Translations under genes and position numbers: made by a program | Assembly (NCBI GenBank): GCA_031281585.1 | Contig: JAITFE010000158.1 | Location: 3,477 to 67,476, forward strand | Origin: Bifidobacteriaceae bacterium | Lineage (GTDB): Bacteria > Actinomycetota > Actinomycetes > Actinomycetales > WQXJ01 | Direction: 5' to 3' | Length of the DNA stretch: 64,000 nt | The notes under the pieces: generated by a model | Seen by the model: only the letters and a program-made list of their open reading frames with translations | Database searches by the model: none | Told to the model about the DNA's origin: nothing | Shown here: positions 52,138 to 57,860 of the stretch, piece by piece | Numbering within the stretch: position 1 is the first letter of the stretch | How the letters are laid out: the number at the start of each line of letters is the position of its first letter

Positions 52138-52257
52138 GAGGCCAAGCGGCGCCGCGCGTGGGAGCGGAGCGGGCGATGCGCGGGTCAGCAGCAGAACCCA
52201 AAGACACAAATCGAAAAAGGTACCGTCCCCATTTCTGGAGAAGCAGAGGAAACCCTT

Positions 52258-52434
52258 ATGTGCCGTCCTGTCACCTGCCGAGTGTGCGGCAAGACCACCT
52301 GGGCCGGCTGTGGCCAGCACGTCGACCAAGTCAAGGCGGGCGTGCCCGCGTCCCAGTGGTGCGACGGCCGCCACGCGCAGGTGGAAAACGGCGCCGCCAG
52401 GCGAAAAGGCCTGTGGGCGCGCCTCTTCGGCTGA
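52258..52434 (+). CDS. Small Cys-rich protein (58 aa), below the ORF-track size cut-off
   Basis: ATG 52258 with AGAGGA 8 nt upstream. MCRPVTCRVCGKTTWAGCGQHVDQVKAGVPASQWCDGRH... has 6 Cys plus His, suggesting Zn binding. It resembles a conserved actinobacterial small protein (from memory). Confidence 0.6.
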   Translation: MCRPVTCRVCGKTTWAGCGQHVDQVKAGVPASQWCDGRHAQVENGAARRKGLWARLFG

Positions 52435-52477
52435 CCAACTGCGGCTGCGCGCCGGGCTGCCGTCGGCACCCGGCTGG

Positions 52478-52744
52478 TCAGGGGTAGCCGACTTCCCAAG
52501 TTTCCAGCACGGTGCCCTCGCCCACCGAGCGGCTGCCCTCTTTGACGAAGAAGCGTGCGCCCGCGACCAATTCCGAGTAGTCGGCCTGGGTCCAGCATTC
52601 GGCCACCCCGCGCATCGGCTTGCCGAGTTCGCGGTCCCGGCCGTCGTCATGGGCGTTGAACCAAACGCCCAGGTAGTCGCCCAATCCGGCTCCCGCCTCC
52701 TGCGGGTGGGCGGTCAAGAAAGCGCAATCTGGCGCGTTCTTCAC
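52478..52744 (-). CDS. Hypothetical small protein (88 aa)
   Basis: Balanced composition. 4-nt overlap with the upstream gene 52741..53025. The C-terminus FFVKEGSRSVGEGTVLE is beta-barrel-like. No family assigned. Confidence 0.5.
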   Translation of the reverse strand: MKNAPDCAFLTAHPQEAGAGLGDYLGVWFNAHDDGRDRELGKPMRGVAECWTQADYSELVAGARFFVKEGSRSVGEGTVLETWEVGYP

Positions 52745-53025
52745 AGGCTTGCGGCAGCGGCGCGAAGGCGTTCCGCCATGCGCGCGGTGCCGGCGGCGGG
52801 TAGGCCGTAATCGGCGAATTCTGCCGCATCAACCGTAGAGGCCTGCATCAGCACATGGGCAAATGCAGCGGCCGTGGCCTCGGGTCTGATCTTGGCCAGC
52901 ATGGCGGAGAGGCCTTGCACGGTCCAACGACCCAAGTCCACTACCACCGCGCCGTCACCTGGAGCCGCGACCACGAACGACCGAAACCAAGAGTCGGCCT
53001 GACCGGCAAGGGCGGGCGCTGGCAC
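52741..53025 (-). CDS. Hypothetical small protein (94 aa)
   Basis: ORF translationally coupled to 52478..52744. No recognisable motif. Confidence 0.4.
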   Translation of the reverse strand: MPAPALAGQADSWFRSFVVAAPGDGAVVVDLGRWTVQGLSAMLAKIRPEATAAAFAHVLMQASTVDAAEFADYGLPAAGTARMAERLRAAAASL

Positions 53026-53128
53026 GTACCGCGCGACGGTTCCCTGCGCGCGATTGACTGTTCAGGCAGCCCATTCCCCCTGATCAGACCGCAAAACCGC
53101 GCGCACAAGCCGCGAAGTCAGGATCCGG

Positions 53129-53150
53129 CTTGACCTTGACGTTACGTCAC
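53129..53150 (+). promoter_or_regulatory. MerR-type operator/promoter motif, copy 1 (CTTGACCTTGACGTTACGTCAC)
   Basis: TTGACC (-35-like, 53130-53135), a 19-bp spacer containing the palindrome TGACG-TTA-CGTCA, then TGTAAT (53155-53160). It lies 78 nt upstream of the small ORF at 53228. Confidence 0.6.
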
Positions 53151-53227
53151 AGCCTGTAATGAATGATGCAAGAGCGAAGGGCCCCGAGGTTCTTCGCGCA
53201 GACATCGCCCGAAAGGAAATATAAGGC

Positions 53228-53314
53228 ATGAACACCGCCGACTCTGATATCCAGCTTGACCTGACCGTGACTGAATTTGACGCCACCGAAGCCCCTTCAT
53301 TCGTCTGGTGGTGA
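53228..53314 (+). CDS. Candidate RiPP precursor peptide (28 aa): MNTADSDIQLDLTVTEFDATEAPSFVWW
   Basis: Not in the ORF track (<60 aa). AAAGGA lies 10 nt upstream of ATG 53228. Sits downstream of MerR-type promoter copy 1 and 48 nt upstream of the RRE-M50 gene. Acidic leader-like N-terminus (6 D/E, no K/R) and hydrophobic C-terminus. Confidence 0.5.
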   Translation: MNTADSDIQLDLTVTEFDATEAPSFVWW

Positions 53315-53362
53315 TCACCGCCAACCGATTCGGCGCTTCGATCCGAGGAGACGAGTGAGACG

Positions 53363-54685
53363 GTGAGTGCCTTGCTAACACGCTTCCGGCCCGCGCCGGG
53401 AACAACGTCGCGGCTCCAGGCCGATAGCGGTCTTCTCCTCGTCTCCCGTTCGGATTGTCGAGTATTCCAACTCGGCCGCGACGCGGGTCGCCTCTTCGAC
53501 GCTCTAGCCGCCGAAGGCGACCCGCGCGACGCCGATGACCTTTGCGACATGTTGGGCTGTGGTCGCAATGCCGAATCCGTGGAGCGGGCGCTCGCGTCAA
53601 TGGAGGCATTGGGACTGGTGTCCCGCGTGGGACGGGCGGGTCCGGTCTCGGGTCCGCCACGCCGCTCCCGGATCGCGTTTCGTCCGCCGCTCGCGGTTGC
53701 CGTCAGACTGATCGACCCCTCGCGGCTACTGGCGTTTCTCGCCCCGCTGGCGGTGCTGCTGCGCGGTCGCCTTGGCCTGTGCCTTGGACTGGCAGGACTC
53801 ATGGCGCAAGTCGCGTTCCTATGCTGGGCCCCGCCCGCTTGTGTCAAGGATCCGTTTCACGCTGTGCTCGCAGCTTCCCTGGTACTTGGCGTGGCGGGAT
53901 TGCACGAGCTCGCTCACGGGTTAGTCATGACCCGCGCAGGCGTGAGTTCCCGAGGGATCGGATTCATGTTCATGGGTCCGGTGCCTCTTCTGTACTGCGA
54001 CGTTTCCGGCAGCGTTGCGTTGTGCCGTCGGGCCCAAGTCGATGTCGCCCTTGCCGGGGTGGTAATGCAGGCCCAGGTGGGCGCGCTCCTTCTGCCGATG
54101 GCGGCCGGCGCCAACTCACTTGGCGTGATTAGGGCGTTCATCGCGGTCAACCTGATGATGATGGCTGGAAACGCGGTTCCATTTCTTCCCTTGGACGGAT
54201 ACATCGCGCTTAGGGCAGGGCTCGGCAGACCCAACTTGCGGACGGCTGCCATCGCGGAGTTTGGTCGGTGGGTGGTTCGCCTCGTGGGACGGCAAGGCCC
54301 GGGCGGGGAACGCGGAAGCGAACCAAGATGGCTTGCCGCGTTCGGCGGAGCGGCGGCGCTTGCGCCGGTTTGCCTGGTGGGCGTCGCGGTTTGGCGATCA
54401 AGCGAACTTGCCGGATGCGCCGGCGGGATCGGGGCGCTGGCGGTGGCCGTGGTGGTGTGGCTGGTAAGTCGAATCGCGCCGAATGTGGCTCGCTCGGCGC
54501 GATCACAGGGTTCCTGTACCCTGTTGCCAGGCAATCGATGCGTTCCGCGCCAGGGACGCACGTCCTACGGGGAAGGACTGGAGAGACCGGGTGGACCTGA
54601 CGATTGGCGAACTCGCGCGGATGGTGGGCCTGACGCCCAGGACGGTCCGTTACTACGAGAGCATTGGGCTGCTTCCAGAGCCTGA
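53363..54685 (+). CDS. PqqD/RRE-like domain fused to an M50-family (site-2 protease-like) membrane zinc metallopeptidase
   Basis: GTG 53363 with GAGGAG upstream. The N-terminal about 90 aa has a PqqD-like pattern (LLLVSRSDCRVFQLGRDAGRLFDALAAEG...AESVERALASMEALGLVS). Multi-TM core with HELAH (53903-53917) and NAVPFLPLDGY. The last 95 nt overlap the MerR gene, so the C-terminal end is uncertain. Confidence 0.7.
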   Translation: MSALLTRFRPAPGTTSRLQADSGLLLVSRSDCRVFQLGRDAGRLFDALAAEGDPRDADDLCDMLGCGRNAESVERALASMEALGLVSRVGRAGPVSGPPRRSRIAFRPPLAVAVRLIDPSRLLAFLAPLAVLLRGRLGLCLGLAGLMAQVAFLCWAPPACVKDPFHAVLAASLVLGVAGLHELAHGLVMTRAGVSSRGIGFMFMGPVPLLYCDVSGSVALCRRAQVDVALAGVVMQAQVGALLLPMAAGANSLGVIRAFIAVNLMMMAGNAVPFLPLDGYIALRAGLGRPNLRTAAIAEFGRWVVRLVGRQGPGGERGSEPRWLAAFGGAAALAPVCLVGVAVWRSSELAGCAGGIGALAVAVVVWLVSRIAPNVARSARSQGSCTLLPGNRCVPRQGRTSYGEGLERPGGPDDWRTRADGGPDAQDGPLLREHWAASRA

Positions 54686-55370
54686 TCGCACTTGGGGAAA
54701 CTATCGCCTGTACTGCGAAGAAGACGTCATCCGTCTTACTCGCGTTAAACGGCTCACCGCAATGGGGCTGAGCCTAGAACAGGTCGCCGACGTTATCGGC
54801 AGACCGGTTGACGAATCCTCAGAAGAGGTTCTGACGGAGCTGAATAGGCGGCTCCAATCTGAGATTCGAGTCGCGCGCGAGCGGCAGAAAGCCATTGACC
54901 GCATAAGGGGAACCGGTGCCACAATCGACGCGGAGCCGGAATTCGCCGCCAGGCTAGTAAAGCAAGAACAGGCGGAGTTGACTGAATTTGAGCGCGACTA
55001 CAGCCGGGTCCTGGTTGACGCCGTCACCGCGCTCGGCTCGGACTCTGACCGCGCCCGCCTCGAATGGCTCTTTGCCCACGGTGACGCGTTATCGACGCTG
55101 CCGGAGTTCCAGGCCCTCAATTCGCTCGACAAGGATCTGGCCGCTCTGCCGGATGATGCGACCGAGGAGGAGATCGAAAAGCTGGCCGATGCCTACATCA
55201 CGGCGCATGAGGCGGCTGATCAAGCGTTCCCGCCCGGTATCGCCCGAACCTGGTCGCCCCGCTTGGCTGATGTGTTAGACGCCCTTTTGGACAACCGGCT
55301 CAGCGATGCCCAGGTCGAGGTCCAACGCCGCGTCCGAACCGCTCGCCGCGACGGCGGCGCGAGACACTGA
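54591..55370 (+). CDS. MerR-family transcriptional regulator (long C-terminal effector domain)
   Basis: GTG 54591 gives VDLTIGELARMVGLTPRTVRYYESIGLLPEP...YRLYCEEDVIRLTRVKRLTAMGLSLEQV (MerR HTH + coiled coil). About 150 aa of additional C-terminal sequence. Confidence 0.85.
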   Translation: MDLTIGELARMVGLTPRTVRYYESIGLLPEPDRTWGNYRLYCEEDVIRLTRVKRLTAMGLSLEQVADVIGRPVDESSEEVLTELNRRLQSEIRVARERQKAIDRIRGTGATIDAEPEFAARLVKQEQAELTEFERDYSRVLVDAVTALGSDSDRARLEWLFAHGDALSTLPEFQALNSLDKDLAALPDDATEEEIEKLADAYITAHEAADQAFPPGIARTWSPRLADVLDALLDNRLSDAQVEVQRRVRTARRDGGARH

Positions 55371-55401
55371 CCCCTAGTGATGTTTGGCTCGCGGACGGCC
55401 G

Positions 55402-55423
55402 CTTGACGTTGACGCGGGGTCAG
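55402..55423 (+). promoter_or_regulatory. MerR-type operator/promoter motif, copy 2 (CTTGACGTTGACGCGGGGTCAG)
   Basis: TTGACG (55403-55408), a 19-bp spacer with TGACG-CGG-GGTCA, then TTGGGT (55428-55433). GTG 55441 follows about 8 nt later, consistent with a leaderless mRNA. Confidence 0.55.
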
Positions 55424-55440
55424 AGTGTTGGGTCGGGTAT

Positions 55441-55857
55441 GTGACAAGCATCCAGAATCCGCCAGTGCCCGGCCATGCCGGCTCCCAGACCCCGATCCAG
55501 TTGGAATACACCACGCGAGAGGCGGCGCAATTGGTTGGGTTGACCGCCCGCGCGCTGCGCTACTACCACCAGGTGGGGCTCCTGCCCGAGGGCCGGCGCG
55601 GACCCGGTGGCCAGCGCATCTACACCCGCGAGCAGATCCTGATGTTGCTCCGGATAGTGCGTCTGAGCGAAATGGGCCTCTCCCTAGAGGAGGTGGCGGA
55701 TGTCTTGGGTGGCCCGCCGGGGACTCACCGCGCAGAGGTCATTCTTGTGAGCTTGGACCGCGCGCTGGCTGACCGGGTCGGCGTGATCCAGGCCCAGCGC
55801 CGTGTCATCCGTGAGCTGCTCACGACGGGATCGCCCGTGATCAAACGCGGTGGGTGA
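55441..55857 (+). CDS. MerR-family transcriptional regulator (short)
   Basis: YTTREAAQLVGLTARALRYYHQVGLLPEGRR...RIYTREQILMLLRIVRLSEMGLSLEEV. GTG 55441 is preferred over the track start 55384, which lies upstream of and across the promoter motif. Confidence 0.8.
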   Translation: MTSIQNPPVPGHAGSQTPIQLEYTTREAAQLVGLTARALRYYHQVGLLPEGRRGPGGQRIYTREQILMLLRIVRLSEMGLSLEEVADVLGGPPGTHRAEVILVSLDRALADRVGVIQAQRRVIRELLTTGSPVIKRGG

Positions 55858-55907
55858 CGCCGCAGGGCACCGACCAGCTCCACGTGTCCGTTTCGTGGCG
55901 TCCCCGG

Positions 55908-57797
55908 CTAGGGAAACGGGTGCGGCACCAAGTTGGGTACGAACGCCGATGCCGGGCGGCCGGTGTGCGCCGCCCACGCGTCCCGCAGTCGGGGCATCCG
56001 TAGGGCGCGCTGAACCGACCAGCCGAAGTCGATCGGGATTAGCCCAGGGACGATCGCCTTGGCCGCGTGGGCCCCGAGCCTTGTCAGTAGTGGAATCGTC
56101 TGGTCTACCACGATCGGCTCGAAGCCCGCCTGGCTGGTGATCTCGATGAGCCAGCCAAGACCCAGGCCGGGCTCGTCGGCTTCGGCCGCGCTTCGGCATG
56201 GTCCAACCTTGTCCACCGGAACCAACGGCTCCGCTGGCCCATCCAGCAAGAATGCGGCCAAGTGGCGGGCCGCGGGATTCTTGAACATGTCAGCGTGATC
56301 CTCCAACCGCCTGACCGCCTGGAAATCGCGAATCATGGCGTCGGTCTGCGTCAGCCTTCCCTGCGTCATGCGATGCGTCGAGGCCGAGTCGGAGGTGAAA
56401 CCCAGTCCGAAGTCGGAGCAGATCTCCGACAAGGCGCCCAGGATGGCGTCCTGCGGATCAGGCCGACTGGCGGCGCCGAAACAAAGGGCGCCGCTCTTTT
56501 CATTCTCGGCGACAGCCATCACAGTTGGAACCGGCAAACCAACCGTGCAATCGAAGAGGCGGACCTGCTGCCCATATAGCCGCATGCGTGCCAGCATCAT
56601 CTGCGCCAAATTGGATTCGACCCCGTTGGGGTCGATCTCGCGGAGGGGAATCCCGCCATACCAAGCGATAAGGAACGAGTCTCGTTCAATCACTTCGAGG
56701 AGGCCATAGAACGCGGCCTCTGCCAGAGTTGAACCAACGGCACAGCCACTCGAAGTTTCGAAGGCGAATAGCTCTGCGGCCGGCTCGGCCCCGTAATACA
56801 CCAGCGACTCTGGAACTGCGACAACCTCTCTCGCGCGCAGCGAATAGCCGGGCACCCAATTCATCTCCGCCGGAACCGGGAACGGCCAGTCCTCGGGCGC
56901 CAAGCCGAATTCGCTCGGGCCTACGGCGCGCACCGGTAGATCGGCAGCGGATCCCCGCCAACGCAGCGCACGCTGGGCCGGCCTGTACCCGGCGATCCGC
57001 TCCAGTCCTTCCAGCACGCCAATGGCCTCGGAATCGGCGAATGTGCCGGCGTGGCCGCCCCAATGCAGCGACCAATTCTCCCTGTGGGCGCCCAACCGCT
57101 TCTCTCCAGCGACCTTGGCGGGAATCTCTGACTCAAGGTCCCAAAACGATCGGGATCCAGCCAAAGCCGTTGCTGGATGAAGGAAATCGCTTGGTTGCAG
57201 CGCGTCGAAATGGGAGCGGGCCGGGGCGCGGGGCACAAGCAGCGCGTCGCCCGGCCGGAGTTGTCCCTCATAATCTGCGGGCGGAGCCTCAGGTGCGAAC
57301 TCATGGTGCCGGGACGGGTGACACGGCTCACAGGCCAATAGGCGTACACCCGTGATGCCCAACCGCAACCGGTCAATTCCAACCACCGCTGGGGCCGCCG
57401 CGGGATCGGAAGTGGCAAGGGTTTCGAGTAGGCGGGCCATCAACTCGGCCTCGAACGGGTTGCTCCCCGGCAGATCCACGCCGACCTCCGCAGTGCTCAC
57501 TGCGTGGCGGAGCGACGGATCGTAGCCCACGGCCTCCATCACACAGGGAACGCAGCTGGTTGCCCTGGGATCCGAGACAAAGACGTGGGTCGGCGTGCGG
57601 TAGATGACCGGACCATCCCACTGGATCGCCAGATCGGGGTCCGAGTGCCCCGAGGGGGCCGGACCCAAAGCGTCCACCACCAGGCATGGGCACGGGTCTG
57701 GGGGGAGCTTCGCATCGGGCACTAACGGGTCCTGTCGCTGGTCGGGGTGGGTCATGAGGGAACTGGCGCGGGCGTTTGGGACCTTATCACACACCAT
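55908..57797 (-). CDS. YcaO-domain cyclodehydratase (SagD family) with Cys-rich N-terminal extension
   Basis: FETSSGCAVGSTLAEAAFYGLLEVIERDSFLIAWY (YcaO ATP/Mg core-like). Pro-rich C-terminus ...VPNLVPHPFP, typical of azoline-forming YcaOs. The N-terminal about 230 aa has CPC, CVPC and CEPC. The alternative start ATG 57755 (MTHPDQ) is equally possible. Confidence 0.88.
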   Translation of the reverse strand: MVCDKVPNARASSLMTHPDQRQDPLVPDAKLPPDPCPCLVVDALGPAPSGHSDPDLAIQWDGPVIYRTPTHVFVSDPRATSCVPCVMEAVGYDPSLRHAVSTAEVGVDLPGSNPFEAELMARLLETLATSDPAAAPAVVGIDRLRLGITGVRLLACEPCHPSRHHEFAPEAPPADYEGQLRPGDALLVPRAPARSHFDALQPSDFLHPATALAGSRSFWDLESEIPAKVAGEKRLGAHRENWSLHWGGHAGTFADSEAIGVLEGLERIAGYRPAQRALRWRGSAADLPVRAVGPSEFGLAPEDWPFPVPAEMNWVPGYSLRAREVVAVPESLVYYGAEPAAELFAFETSSGCAVGSTLAEAAFYGLLEVIERDSFLIAWYGGIPLREIDPNGVESNLAQMMLARMRLYGQQVRLFDCTVGLPVPTVMAVAENEKSGALCFGAASRPDPQDAILGALSEICSDFGLGFTSDSASTHRMTQGRLTQTDAMIRDFQAVRRLEDHADMFKNPAARHLAAFLLDGPAEPLVPVDKVGPCRSAAEADEPGLGLGWLIEITSQAGFEPIVVDQTIPLLTRLGAHAAKAIVPGLIPIDFGWSVQRALRMPRLRDAWAAHTGRPASAFVPNLVPHPFP

Positions 57798-57821
57798 CTG
57801 GAAACTGGTGGGCGCGAGCCG

Positions 57822-57843
57822 CTTGACCTTGACGCGACGTCAC
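57822..57843 (+). promoter_or_regulatory. MerR-type operator/promoter motif, copy 3 (CTTGACCTTGACGCGACGTCAC)
   Basis: TTGACC (57823-57828), a 19-bp spacer with TGACG-CGA-CGTCA, then TTGACT (57848-57853). ATG 57861 lies 8 nt downstream (leaderless-type). The motif sits in the divergent YcaO / E1-like intergenic region. Confidence 0.6.
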
Positions 57844-57860
57844 GGTTTTGACTTCAAGCC

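Noticed and set aside
53062-53847. 261-aa minus-strand ORF across the precursor-peptide region and the 5' part of the RRE-M50 gene.
   Set aside because: The translation is Ser/Arg/Pro-rich and low-complexity. It is antisense to an ORF with HExxH and NxxPxxPLDG motifs and runs through the MerR-type promoter.
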